This document shows, piece by piece, positions 37,899 to 47,838 of a stretch of DNA of 64,000 bases. The stretch's first letter is position 1; each line of letters opens with the position of its first letter. Under the pieces are notes generated by a model. The model had not been told where the DNA came from and did no database searches. It saw nothing but the letters and a program-made list of their open reading frames with translations. The DNA lies in sequence record OP991903.1. The stretch is one strand, 5' to 3'. A program made the position numbers and the translations under genes.

Positions 37899-39242
37899 AT
37901 GAACCCAAACTTGCTGTACGACACCATTCACGCCATCCTCCTTAAAGCGCGGGGTCCGCGCTTTCGCCACAAAGCCACCTTTGTGAGTGCTAACGGGAGT
38001 GCCACGGCGATAGCGGTGATTGAGAAATGGAGCTCGGCCGATTACGTCAGCAGCTTCTGTAGGGACATGACCATTCAGGTGGCCACCTCAGTGAAGGATT
38101 ACCGAGATGTACTGTACGCACGGCGTGATAACCTGAAGTGCGTGCTCCAGAAGATTCAGGTCGACCCGGTATCCGGGGTGGACGTGATTGGGGGCATTAC
38201 CACATCGTACACGTACCGTGCCTTCCTGGTGGACAACGCCGATGCTACCTTGCCACACGGTAACCCGATGACGTCGGGAACTTACCTGGACGGGAAGGAC
38301 GACATGCGCTACTTCCATGTGCAGTTGGTTGACCCGGTGGCGGAGTTCATGTCTGTGCGTTCTGGCGGAGGTATCTCCCGCTATAACAGCAACGAGGATT
38401 TCCTGAAGGCGTTGGTCTTAACGGCGGCGAAATCAGAGAAAGGGGAACAGTCGGTTTACTTGAAGGGATTCGAGATGGTTCCGTCGGTGAACAAAGGCGA
38501 GATTACCCCGGACTTTGTGGTACCGCACAGTGTCCCGCTCATCGACGTCCCTGGGTGGATTCAGGAGAATGAGAACGGGCTTTACGATAAAGGGTTGGGG
38601 TCGTTTATCCAGGACGGGATTTGGTACATCTATCCGCTTTACCGGACGAACCACCTGAAGACCGCGGTCAAGAAGCTTGTGGTGTTCCAGGTGCCAACCA
38701 ACGTGGTGCCGTTACTGGACAACACGTCGTACCAGGATGGGGATACACTGTACGTGGTTTGTACGGGCTCCCCCTCTATTCAGGATATCTCGGTCTCGGG
38801 GAATTTTGAATACGGTAACGGGGTACGTTTCATTCGGGCCGACGAGCTGATGGCTGCACCTACTGCCCAAACGGAAAACACCGCACTGCTGAACCGCAGT
38901 AAGTACATGGCTGAGTTTCAGGACTCCACGCGTGAGGATGGGTTTGCCATTGCGGGCATGTCCAGTGTGAAGGCGACCAACAACGTACCGTTTGAAATGT
39001 CGAAGCTGGCAGCGAATGACGGTCAGTTGTTCACCACCACCTGGCAGAACTCGAATGCGGACCTGGTGTTCCCGGGGATGCCGGTGCAGGTCTACCACGA
39101 TATCGGCGGAAAGATTAAGAAGTACGGTGGGACCATGTTCCAGATTGATGAACAGTGGGCTCTCGAACGTCCCGGTCTTTCCGACCAAACCCAGACGTCA
39201 GTGGCGGGGATGGTAATGTACCTGTCGAAGAATTCGGAGTAA
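37899..39242 (+). CDS. putative baseplate hub / tail-tip protein (phiKZ gp101-like)
   Basis: 447 aa; hub-like architecture ending NADLVFPGMPVQV; synteny. Confidence 0.55.
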   Translation: MNPNLLYDTIHAILLKARGPRFRHKATFVSANGSATAIAVIEKWSSADYVSSFCRDMTIQVATSVKDYRDVLYARRDNLKCVLQKIQVDPVSGVDVIGGITTSYTYRAFLVDNADATLPHGNPMTSGTYLDGKDDMRYFHVQLVDPVAEFMSVRSGGGISRYNSNEDFLKALVLTAAKSEKGEQSVYLKGFEMVPSVNKGEITPDFVVPHSVPLIDVPGWIQENENGLYDKGLGSFIQDGIWYIYPLYRTNHLKTAVKKLVVFQVPTNVVPLLDNTSYQDGDTLYVVCTGSPSIQDISVSGNFEYGNGVRFIRADELMAAPTAQTENTALLNRSKYMAEFQDSTREDGFAIAGMSSVKATNNVPFEMSKLAANDGQLFTTTWQNSNADLVFPGMPVQVYHDIGGKIKKYGGTMFQIDEQWALERPGLSDQTQTSVAGMVMYLSKNSE

Positions 39243-39244
39243 CC

Positions 39245-40069
39245 ATGATTTATCCATACAACGTCGCTAACGTCGCCTCCTTCCTGACCATGGTTGACGG
39301 CGTCATCAGTCGCGCCCCTGAAAATGCGGCGTACATCAAAAACCTGTTGGTTCACCAACCGTTCTTTGGTCGTACCGGGGTTGAGTTCAATGAGACCGAA
39401 GTGTTGCTCTTGAACGATGCGTACATCGGGACGGCTCTGGTTCAGGGTGGTATCCGGGATAACGAGATTCACTTTGCGGCGGTGGAAGCAGCCCATGAAG
39501 TGAAGTTGGCGCTCCCTCATCGGAAGATTGAGGTTATCGTTGACGGGGTGATGCAGGAGGGGGTCAGTGAACGGTTCTGGGACCGGGCTTACCATAACGG
39601 GAACGTTCCGTTGCTGGTCCCCCGCTACCGGAGCGAGGATATCTTTAATAACCTGTTGTTCACCGCCCCTCTCACGACCTGGGCGGCCTCAGGAGCCGGT
39701 CCACTCTATCCAGACAGGGATTATATCGCTGCGGGGTCAAAGTACGTCCTGAGTGCGTTTGTGGCGGCTCTAGCCCGTCACGTGGGTAAACCGGGAAATG
39801 TCTTCGTCACCGCCAGTGGGGAAAGCCTTAATCTGAACGCCACTGCACCGACCAGCGTTTACCCTAAACCGGAAACCTGGAAGGCGCAAGGGATGATGGA
39901 TGCCCACCTGCGTTCCCTGAAAGGGTGGTTGAACGTAAGTCTGACCACTGCGCAACAAACCCAGTTCAAGAACGACGGTTGGTACGAAAGGATTGAACGG
40001 TTGTTGTACGGTGTGTACTTCAGTAACTACTACTGGTGTCAGCGGATAGCCGTCACCGGGAAAGCGTAA
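39245..40069 (+). CDS. putative virion structural protein
   Basis: Likely start ATG 39245 (GGAG RBS), 274 aa. Confidence 0.6.
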   Translation: MIYPYNVANVASFLTMVDGVISRAPENAAYIKNLLVHQPFFGRTGVEFNETEVLLLNDAYIGTALVQGGIRDNEIHFAAVEAAHEVKLALPHRKIEVIVDGVMQEGVSERFWDRAYHNGNVPLLVPRYRSEDIFNNLLFTAPLTTWAASGAGPLYPDRDYIAAGSKYVLSAFVAALARHVGKPGNVFVTASGESLNLNATAPTSVYPKPETWKAQGMMDAHLRSLKGWLNVSLTTAQQTQFKNDGWYERIERLLYGVYFSNYYWCQRIAVTGKA

Positions 40070-40088
40070 AAGAGCATAAAGCCCGCGG

Positions 40089-40118
40089 GACTGGACTGGG
40101 ACGATACCCAGTCCAGTC
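40089..40118. terminator. bidirectional hairpin flanked by GCATAAA / TTTATGC
   Basis: GACTGGACTGGG-ACGATA-CCCAGTCCAGTC (12-bp stem) between convergent genes. Confidence 0.8.
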
Positions 40119-40204
40119 TGGCATTTATGCCACCGCGAGTCTAAGAAGTCAGTTGTCGGTTGGTTGAGGTTGGCTGGTCGTAAGCTTTTGCTTTACGGTA
40201 CCGG

Positions 40205-41773
40205 TTAGTTGATGGAGTACCCACCCATGTCGTCCAGTGCGCCATTATGCCAGGCGACTGCACCACCTTCACTTGCCATGCCGTCACCAGGGCGTTTCAT
40301 GCTCTGGTCTTGGCCATTGATGTCATCCGGAATACCGAAGTCACCAAACAGCAAGGTTGCACGCTGGTCATCCAATGGCGTGTCATCCACACCACGGTGT
40401 TTACCGCGCCCGATGTTCAAATACGTCTTTCCTTCGAGAACCAACTTCTGCAAGTTGATTTCCATGTCCACTTCCTGCGCAAGCGTCTTACAGTCGTGGT
40501 AGTACGCACAGTTTAGAACCTCGTTTAAGAAGTTCTTCGGTCGGTCACGGTGAATCGCCAGGGCTTCGGTTGATAACTGGTGAGGCGTTATCATAAGATA
40601 GTCGTGACGAAGCATCAGGTTACGGCTGCGGTTGTACAAAGCTTGTTTGTCACGGCCGGTGATGCCACTGTGAGTCAACCCTTTGGTCGAACACATTCCG
40701 AGGTAGTCGACGGTCAGTACGATAATCTCGTAACCCATCGCTTCCAGTTTCAGCACCGTCTGTTGCAGTTCGTCGTAACCGAAGTACTCGGGGTCGACTT
40801 GCGCCATCAGGAAGTGCCAACCGTTTTCCATGAACTTCTCTTTCATGAAGCTTGCGGCTTCGGCAGGGTCGATTTCGTTGAAACGAATCTTCTTACCAAC
40901 CAGCGGTTCCATGATTTGCTTGTACATGGTGCGCAGGTTAATCATCAGCTGGTTCTCAGTGGACAGCATGACGATTGCCGGTTTCTTCGCCGGGTCGCGC
41001 AGTTTCGGTTTGTTGTACATTGCCGCACCACGGGTCATCAGCATTGCCAGACCGGATTTAAAGTGGTGCTGCAAACCGCCAATCATAATCATCTCTTTAC
41101 GGCGGCCGCCGCCTTGTGCCCCAAACAGACGGTTAACAGCCTGAATCGGGAACTTGATGATTTCATCGGGACTGACGGACTCTTTACTGTCCTTGAAGTA
41201 TTTACGCAGCAGCTCTTCGTCGTTGAAGTCGAGGAACTCGCTCACCCCGTGAATAGAACGGAGGTCTTCACCTTCCTGTTCAGTAAAGCGTTCAAAGGCA
41301 GAAACCAACTCACGAGCTTTGGTGGTCAGGTCGTATTCTTCCTGACCGTACAGGATTTTCCCGCCCAATTCATTCAGTTGTTTCTGGAAGGCTTGTTTAC
41401 GTTGGTACGTTTTCAGCTCACGAACGAGAGATAGGCAATAGTTACGAACGCCCGTCTGGTCCAATTCCTGTTCGATGGAATCAAGAACCAGGTCACGGGT
41501 GCTCGTATCGTCCGCGCAAACCATTCTGACTTGTGATACCAAGAACTCCCTTGAAATCTTGTTACCGTAATTCAGGACCTGTTTAGCGATGATGACTTGC
41601 AGGCCTTGTAAAGAAGGGTAACTTGGGTCGGTGTCAGCCATCCCGCGTTCTGGGCGTATTTCTTTGAGAATGTTCTTGACCAGAGTAGCGTTGTCTGCAC
41701 CATTGTCCAGCTGTTGTTCCCAATAAAGCAATAATAGTGTGTTAATGATGACGAGTTTGTAATTCATCCCCAT
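40205..41773 (-). CDS. dnaB: DnaB-like replicative helicase (phiKZ gp118-like)
   Basis: Divergent Walker A GGLQHHFKSG, LSTEN, Walker B LTVDYL, ITPHQLS, GRGKHRG arginine finger; divergent from the capsid operon. Confidence 0.82.
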   Translation of the reverse strand: MGMNYKLVIINTLLLLYWEQQLDNGADNATLVKNILKEIRPERGMADTDPSYPSLQGLQVIIAKQVLNYGNKISREFLVSQVRMVCADDTSTRDLVLDSIEQELDQTGVRNYCLSLVRELKTYQRKQAFQKQLNELGGKILYGQEEYDLTTKARELVSAFERFTEQEGEDLRSIHGVSEFLDFNDEELLRKYFKDSKESVSPDEIIKFPIQAVNRLFGAQGGGRRKEMIMIGGLQHHFKSGLAMLMTRGAAMYNKPKLRDPAKKPAIVMLSTENQLMINLRTMYKQIMEPLVGKKIRFNEIDPAEAASFMKEKFMENGWHFLMAQVDPEYFGYDELQQTVLKLEAMGYEIIVLTVDYLGMCSTKGLTHSGITGRDKQALYNRSRNLMLRHDYLMITPHQLSTEALAIHRDRPKNFLNEVLNCAYYHDCKTLAQEVDMEINLQKLVLEGKTYLNIGRGKHRGVDDTPLDDQRATLLFGDFGIPDDINGQDQSMKRPGDGMASEGGAVAWHNGALDDMGGYSIN

Positions 41774-41821
41774 ACCCCGACAGTTTTATGATATGTGCAG
41801 AAATCCCATCTGGAGACCCGT

Positions 41822-42397
41822 ATGCGAAACAAGTTGCTCAAGCAGCTCCGCGTAGGTATTGTGCCGTCTTGGCTCGCATCAGCAATTAGCGAAACCAAAA
41901 ACTGTACGTACCTCGACGTGCTGTCTTTTCCCAAATTGGTGGCGTGTGAAGGTCAAGCGTCTATAGTAACACTGGACGAAGTATTTATTTACACGCTCGT
42001 CCAACGCGACCTCCATCGTCTGACAGATAAAGTTTTTTCCGACTTCCATACCATAGCAGACTGCGATGAAAACGCAGCGTTCTACCTCGAGCACGAGAAA
42101 GCAATTGAAGCGTTGAAGGAGAAATTGTACCGCGACGCGAAGCTGAAAGAAGTGACCGGTGGAGATTCTGCTATTGGTGTGTTAGAAACCAATCCGCTCG
42201 ATGCCGAGTTTTACACACCGGTGCGTGTCGACGCGAATACCCTGCTTCTTATAGGGAGCACTACACCGGTGTACCAAGATGACCGTGCATTTTACAATGC
42301 CGTTATCGAATCGTTAAGTGGGATTGCGGAATTCCCCGAGTTCAAAGAACTTGAGGTTTTCAGACGCTATCTCCGTCACGCCGTGAGCGGGCGCTAG
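41822..42397 (+). CDS. virion protein upstream of MCP (phiKZ gp119-like)
   Basis: GGAG RBS then ATG 41822; synteny. Confidence 0.6.
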   Translation: MRNKLLKQLRVGIVPSWLASAISETKNCTYLDVLSFPKLVACEGQASIVTLDEVFIYTLVQRDLHRLTDKVFSDFHTIADCDENAAFYLEHEKAIEALKEKLYRDAKLKEVTGGDSAIGVLETNPLDAEFYTPVRVDANTLLLIGSTTPVYQDDRAFYNAVIESLSGIAEFPEFKELEVFRRYLRHAVSGR

Positions 42398-42471
42398 TAC
42401 TAGCGCCTATTATGGTATGTGATAATATCACTCGTCAAGTACTTGACACCAAAACCTTTCAACGTTGAAGG
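42390..42471 (+). promoter_or_regulatory. late-promoter region of MCP with clustered palindromes
   Basis: TATG at 42411 and 42416; perfect palindromes at 42390-42407, 42434-42447, 42458-42469. Confidence 0.45.
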
Positions 42472-42481
42472 AAAGAGAAGA

Positions 42482-44782
42482 ATGGCTATTGTCAAATCCA
42501 AAGCCGCGGGCAACTCTGGTTACCGCGACCTTTTCGAAAAACTGGGTTCAGTGGTAAATGACACCTTGAACGTCCTGCCGAACAAGCAGCAGGCGGGTGC
42601 GGTGGCCGTGGCCGTTGAATCCTTCAGCGATTTCGGTATCGACCGCGATGCATTCCAACACAGCTACGACACCACTTTCGGTGAAGTTCAGCGTGTAGCA
42701 ACCGAGTCTGCGTTCGCGCTGGCTTCTGAAGCTGACACCCAGGGCGGCGCAGCGTACGGTTTCGCCGTACCGCACATCCGTGCTGCCCAGAAGCGTGTTG
42801 CCACTGAAGCGGCCGCTGTGCTGCTGCAAGGCCACAACAACGTTGGCGGCTACTACAGCAACATCGGTGAAACCGGTGCTGGCTTTAAAGCTGACGACGT
42901 AATCCGCCACGAGCAGATTACTTCTGGCCCGGCTGGTGCGATTCCTGTTGTTCCTTCGCGCGCACTTCCAGCAATGGAATCATTCGATGAGAAAGTAACT
43001 GACGAATGGCGTCAGCACTCTTACTCCATCGCGATGACTGCGGCGAAACAGCACGAGTTCAACGAGCTGTTCTACAAAACCCAAATCCTGACTCCGGACA
43101 ACGCGGGCTTCATCATGACCGTGCGCCGTAACGTAGTCTGGGACGGTTGGAAAGCTCCTGACCAGTCTGGCGATGCTGGCGACTTCCAGAAGCGTAACAT
43201 CCTGGAAGGTCTGCTGAACCACGAAATCCTGGAAACGGATACTACCGACCTGATTCCGTGCCTGCAAACCGGCAAAAACGAAAAATACTTCATCGACCCA
43301 ACTCTGGTTGCTCCGACCACTGTTGAGCAGTCTGGTGAAGAGTTCCAGACTAACTACCTGGCGTTCAACGTTGGTAGCTTCAGTCTCATCAACCTGGCGC
43401 AGACTCCTTCTCGTATGCAGAAGGGTACGCCGAACCACACCGATTCACTGGACAGCCGTATCGCGCTGGGTGAGCTGATTGTTAAAGTCAGCAAAGGTGG
43501 CGTGAACGAAGCAGTTGACTTCGACGTGAACCGTTCTAACTTCGCACAGTACCTGGCTACCCGCGAAATGAACTTCCGTCAGACCACTGTTAAGTTCCAC
43601 AACGACAGCCTGCCGATTACCCCGGACACCAAGCTGCACTCTAAAGCTGCTTCTGCTATCCTGAAGCCGCTGCAAGATGCTGGCTACACCATCCACCTGA
43701 GCATCAAGGTTGACGGTGAGATGAACGTTGAAAGCGGTAACGGTGACACTCGCGCGCCTGAACTGCGTATCGCGAAAGCGTTCAACGCCCAGGGTCAGGA
43801 AGTGGCTCTGTCCGACGCAACTCTGGCTCCGCTGATTGCTGGTATCACGTTCTCTCCGGCTGGCTACAGCCTGGAAAGCCGCCTGACCAACATCAACCAG
43901 CTGGAACGTGGTCTGCTGATTGACTCCGACGTGATGAAACACGGCTTCATGATTCCAACTCTGAGCCCGCTGTGCATCATGAAACCTGCGCTGACTGACG
44001 ACGAAAAAGTCTATCCGCGTATGGAAGCGCTGCAAAACGCATACCGTCTGCAACTGCGTAACGCGGGTGTTACCACCCTGCTGAACCGCGTTGACACCCT
44101 GGAACGTTACCTGGGCCAGGACACTGCACATCCGCTGGAATCTCAGCCGGGTCTGGAAGGTCTGGGTCAGTACTACGTTCGTCCGTACTTCCGCCGCATC
44201 AAGCTGGACGTTCAGGCAGAACTGAACAGCACCAACTCTGCTGGCCGCGTGGAAGACATCCAGGGTCTGTTCGTATCCGTGATTCAGGAAGCTATCTACC
44301 GTGCTGACCTGAAAACCGGTTACTCTGCGGCGCTGGAAACTGCGTTCCCGGGCTCTAACCCGAAACCGCACGTTGCAATCGGTACTGACAAACGTCTGCC
44401 GAACTACCTGATGATTCAGGGCGACGACCGTACCACTGGTATTGGCTTCGACTTCACCGTAGCGTCAATCTCTGACCTGCGTATGAAAGACAAAGTCATC
44501 ATGACCTTCACCCTGCCACGTGAAAGCGAAATTCATCCGCTGGACCACGGCATCCTGGGCATGATTCCAGAGTACATCGTTAACTTCGCGATGATTCGTG
44601 AACAGCGCATCGCGAACGAAATCCGTCTGACGCCTCGCTACCGTCACTTCCACTTCCTGCCGCTGATGATTGTCATCGACGTGCTGAACCTGGAAGCTGC
44701 AATCGCAGAACGTACTACCTACAGCACTATTGCTAAGGTATCTGGCGACATCACCACCACTGATGCTACTCCAGCTCCTTGA
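42482..44782 (+). CDS. major capsid protein (phiKZ gp120-like)
   Basis: Start MAIVKSK, 766 aa, extreme codon bias, propeptide with AVE/ATE/ASE/AME sites then ESFDEK; C-terminal LTPRYRHFHFLPLMIVIDV. Confidence 0.9.
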   Translation: MAIVKSKAAGNSGYRDLFEKLGSVVNDTLNVLPNKQQAGAVAVAVESFSDFGIDRDAFQHSYDTTFGEVQRVATESAFALASEADTQGGAAYGFAVPHIRAAQKRVATEAAAVLLQGHNNVGGYYSNIGETGAGFKADDVIRHEQITSGPAGAIPVVPSRALPAMESFDEKVTDEWRQHSYSIAMTAAKQHEFNELFYKTQILTPDNAGFIMTVRRNVVWDGWKAPDQSGDAGDFQKRNILEGLLNHEILETDTTDLIPCLQTGKNEKYFIDPTLVAPTTVEQSGEEFQTNYLAFNVGSFSLINLAQTPSRMQKGTPNHTDSLDSRIALGELIVKVSKGGVNEAVDFDVNRSNFAQYLATREMNFRQTTVKFHNDSLPITPDTKLHSKAASAILKPLQDAGYTIHLSIKVDGEMNVESGNGDTRAPELRIAKAFNAQGQEVALSDATLAPLIAGITFSPAGYSLESRLTNINQLERGLLIDSDVMKHGFMIPTLSPLCIMKPALTDDEKVYPRMEALQNAYRLQLRNAGVTTLLNRVDTLERYLGQDTAHPLESQPGLEGLGQYYVRPYFRRIKLDVQAELNSTNSAGRVEDIQGLFVSVIQEAIYRADLKTGYSAALETAFPGSNPKPHVAIGTDKRLPNYLMIQGDDRTTGIGFDFTVASISDLRMKDKVIMTFTLPRESEIHPLDHGILGMIPEYIVNFAMIREQRIANEIRLTPRYRHFHFLPLMIVIDVLNLEAAIAERTTYSTIAKVSGDITTTDATPAP

Positions 44783-44890
44783 ACTCCACTCAGCCAGGCT
44801 ATCGTCAACCCACAGTTGAACGGTTTCACTAAACCGTGATACGCCCCATCGAGGGTTGGTTGGCGAGACCCTCCGGCGACAGTGTAGAGT
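44783..44890 (+). ncRNA. candidate multibranch structured 3'-UTR/RNA element
   Basis: Nested stems between the MCP stop and the terminator; see finding. Confidence 0.3.
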
Positions 44891-44905
44891 GCCGTAGTTG
44901 AAGCA

Positions 44906-44948
44906 CCGGGAGCCCTTCGGGGCTCCCGGGCTTTATTTTCTTTTTTTT
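44906..44948 (+). terminator. strong intrinsic terminator
   Basis: CCGGGAGCCC-TTCG-GGGCTCCCGG + long T-tract. Confidence 0.92.
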
Positions 44949-44978
44949 GTTTTCGGTCGATGTAAAGAACTTTCAAGA

Positions 44979-44988
44979 ATATATTACC
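44979..44988 (+). promoter_or_regulatory. putative phage early promoter (TATTAC core)
   Basis: ATATATTACC, identical to 1939-1948, upstream of the operon carrying nvRNAP beta-N. Confidence 0.6.
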
Positions 44989-45096
44989 TACTTGAACGAT
45001 TCCGTTAATGGAACGGGGATGTTAGACAGAACTTTAGGAACTTCTGCTCATCAGCGATTTGGAACAAACGGCGTTTATCCCGCAGGGCGATAAATT

Positions 45097-46137
45097 ATGG
45101 AATCACACTACCACGGGAAACCTCCCCGCTTCAGACGGGAGGCTACATCATTTAAAGCCGTCTTAGGCACCATTATAGAAGAGGAGATTCCAAAGACTCT
45201 GCCGCGGTATGTGAGTGCCAAGAGCATTGTCAACAACACGGGCATCGACTTATACGTGAGAGAACGAGACGGGATTGTCCATCGCATCCCGAGTAAAGAG
45301 GTGGTCCTGGAACTACGCAAAGGGCTGTTCTATACCTGTGGGTATTTCTCAACAGAAGGGGTGGATTATGACGTGACGCGACGCACCGGTAACGGAATGA
45401 CTTTAGACCGTACCCGTGTATCGCAAGTAATTGAACCTTCTCGCTACGGGGCCTCTGTCCAGGTCACGAAGCTAACGCATCATTACTTCTTGGACGCTAA
45501 AGATGTAATGGATAAAGGTGGGGTGTTATATCTGCAAGAACTCGATGTTGTCGTCTCCATGCATGGCCTCGAGCACCTGCCTCAACATCCGTCAGAGAAC
45601 GTGGATTTCCAACTGGCGTTTGAAGAGCGTATTGCTACCATGTCATCGGCCACCTCTGGACTGATGATGGGCGTGGTAGATAATGAGGGCATTTTCGGAA
45701 CGCGCTACATTAACGTCAACGGCTTTGTCTGTAAGGTGTCGCCCGTTACTGACCCGTTACAGCCATCAGGTATTTATGTCTACGTTCCGGGAAACGTGGA
45801 TAAGCGGACGGAAATCGTTTTTTACGAGCTCCACTCATCTGATGAACAATGTCCGATAAAGTTTTATCCGACGCAGGCGGAAGCAGCAGCACACGGTGAC
45901 ATTTTCGCCGAAGCTGAGAAAGCCTGGGAGCGGGAGAAGCAAGACTTCGAGAAACAGATATTAACCCTGAAGAATGAGAACGAACTGAAATCGCTCGAGC
46001 GCAAAGACTATTTCGAATACCGTAGCCTCGACCGTAAAGACGACAGTGAACACCTGAAGATGTTTGTTGCCAGTGCCGGTATTATCGGCGGGGCAATTAC
46101 CGTAATCAGTAAGCTGGCGGATTGGTTCCGTTCTTGA
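45097..46137 (+). CDS. conserved protein with C-terminal coiled coil and hydrophobic tail (phiKZ gp122-like)
   Basis: 346 aa; AWEREKQDFEKQILTLKNENELKSLE then MFVASAGIIGGAITVISKLADWF. Confidence 0.7.
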   Translation: MESHYHGKPPRFRREATSFKAVLGTIIEEEIPKTLPRYVSAKSIVNNTGIDLYVRERDGIVHRIPSKEVVLELRKGLFYTCGYFSTEGVDYDVTRRTGNGMTLDRTRVSQVIEPSRYGASVQVTKLTHHYFLDAKDVMDKGGVLYLQELDVVVSMHGLEHLPQHPSENVDFQLAFEERIATMSSATSGLMMGVVDNEGIFGTRYINVNGFVCKVSPVTDPLQPSGIYVYVPGNVDKRTEIVFYELHSSDEQCPIKFYPTQAEAAAHGDIFAEAEKAWEREKQDFEKQILTLKNENELKSLERKDYFEYRSLDRKDDSEHLKMFVASAGIIGGAITVISKLADWFRS

Positions 46138-46143
46138 CAACCA

Positions 46144-47808
46144 ATGGAGGATAAGGTGAGCTTCGACCTCGAACTATTTGATTTTATCCATGATGACCTG
46201 CCGCAGTTCAACCCGCGCATCTGCGAAGGCTTTGTGGGCGAGGCGATGGAAAGCGACCTCGAGTATCTTGACTCGGTGGCACGCTGCGCTGATGAGGGTT
46301 TTCCTCCGGAATTCCGTTACATGGGTATACGCCGGTTATCGCCGTTAGAAACCGTCAAAGAAACCCTAATGAAATCCGACAGCGGCAAGCGTGAGTTTGA
46401 CATTGCTGAATCTGACCTGTACTTGGCAGAAATGCTGTTCAAGTATACTGACCCCAAAACGAAACAAGAGACGCTGATTCCCAAGCCCATCTTCTTGCCT
46501 TTCGCTGGGGAGGCCGGTAACCTTATGCTCTCGGGTACTACCAACACGATTGCATCCGTGTTAGGCGACCCGGTGTTTACGGTAACTGACCGTGACGTGT
46601 TTGTCATCTTCGCCCGTGCGAAGTTTACTATGGAGACGCAGCAGTACCAGCTCTTGCAGGATGGGGAAACGGTTAACAGCTACGTGGTGAAGGTAACGGC
46701 GCATAATGCCCGCCCTAAAACCAAAGCCAGTGAAGTGCGTCATTTACCCAAGACCATTTCCACAACCGGTCACTACCTGTTCTGTAAGTACGGTGTTACT
46801 GATGTCTTCCGTCGTTTCTACGGCCTGGACGTAATCGTCTGCGACGTCAACGATGTGCGTGAGATGTATCAGGGCGAGCAATGGACCGTGCTCAGTTCCA
46901 AGTACGCTTGCGGTATCGGACGTCCGGTGCACTCGCCGAAGAAATATGGGATGCCGACCCAGTTAAACCTGGTGTTCCGTACCGACCAGTTGACCATGAA
47001 GAACACCGACTTCCACACGGCAGCGGCACACTTCTTCTACGTGGTTGACCACTTCCCGCTGTACTTCAACGCCCAGAACATTGACCATCCGGATTCCTGG
47101 AAGGTAGTGATGGGCTACACGATTCACCGCAGTAACGAGAGCGAAGGGAAACTGTTGAACAAAATCGACAACCACCTGGATTCTCTGGACCGCTACGTGG
47201 ACGTGAAAGCACGGCGAGATTTACGTAACATCGGTATAGATGTGCGGGATATCTACGAGTTCTTTATCCACATGAACGACACGATTCAGCAACGCATGAA
47301 CAACGCTGACCCGGGTAACATGTGGGGCAAGTACCTGATGGTAAACCGTTACGTGTATTCGAGCATTACCGACGCCATCTTTAACCTGGGTTGGTCTTTA
47401 AACCGCGAACGGCATCCGATTTCGTTACAGAAAATCAAGCTGTTACTCGGTAAGAAGATTAACATTCTTTCCTTCCCCATGGGCCGCCGTAGCCACGGTG
47501 AGATTACCAGCGTGCAGTTCCCTGGTGACTGTTACTTGTTTAAGTACACCTGTAACATCATCCGCCAGACCAACGCAGTCATCCAGAAAGGGAAGAAGAA
47601 GAAAGTAATCAACGTCAACGACGTGAGTTACCATCTTCACCCGTCGGTGGTGGAATGTGGCAGCTACTGCAACTTCCCGAAACCGTCTCCGGATGGCCGC
47701 ACCAAACTGAATCCGTTTGCGTGGATTGACGATGACGGGATGTTTATCCGTAATCCGAAGTACGTGAACCTGCTGAACATGATGAAAGATGAAATCTCAA
47801 CTTTCTAA
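46144..47808 (+). CDS. non-virion RNA polymerase beta subunit, N-terminal part (phiKZ gp123-like)
   Basis: IFLPFAGEAGNLMLSGTTNTIASVL (beta region) and LHPSVVECGSYCNFPKPSPDGRTKLNP (fork-loop region). Confidence 0.85.
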   Translation: MEDKVSFDLELFDFIHDDLPQFNPRICEGFVGEAMESDLEYLDSVARCADEGFPPEFRYMGIRRLSPLETVKETLMKSDSGKREFDIAESDLYLAEMLFKYTDPKTKQETLIPKPIFLPFAGEAGNLMLSGTTNTIASVLGDPVFTVTDRDVFVIFARAKFTMETQQYQLLQDGETVNSYVVKVTAHNARPKTKASEVRHLPKTISTTGHYLFCKYGVTDVFRRFYGLDVIVCDVNDVREMYQGEQWTVLSSKYACGIGRPVHSPKKYGMPTQLNLVFRTDQLTMKNTDFHTAAAHFFYVVDHFPLYFNAQNIDHPDSWKVVMGYTIHRSNESEGKLLNKIDNHLDSLDRYVDVKARRDLRNIGIDVRDIYEFFIHMNDTIQQRMNNADPGNMWGKYLMVNRYVYSSITDAIFNLGWSLNRERHPISLQKIKLLLGKKINILSFPMGRRSHGEITSVQFPGDCYLFKYTCNIIRQTNAVIQKGKKKKVINVNDVSYHLHPSVVECGSYCNFPKPSPDGRTKLNPFAWIDDDGMFIRNPKYVNLLNMMKDEISTF

Positions 47809-47838
47809 CTTTGTATCTTTAAATAAGGGGTTGTCTAA

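Noticed and set aside
40131-40204. 74-nt gap after DnaB containing GGTTGGTTG, also present at 44854-44862
   Set aside because: Short low-complexity match with only one weak hairpin; no ORF or promoter support.
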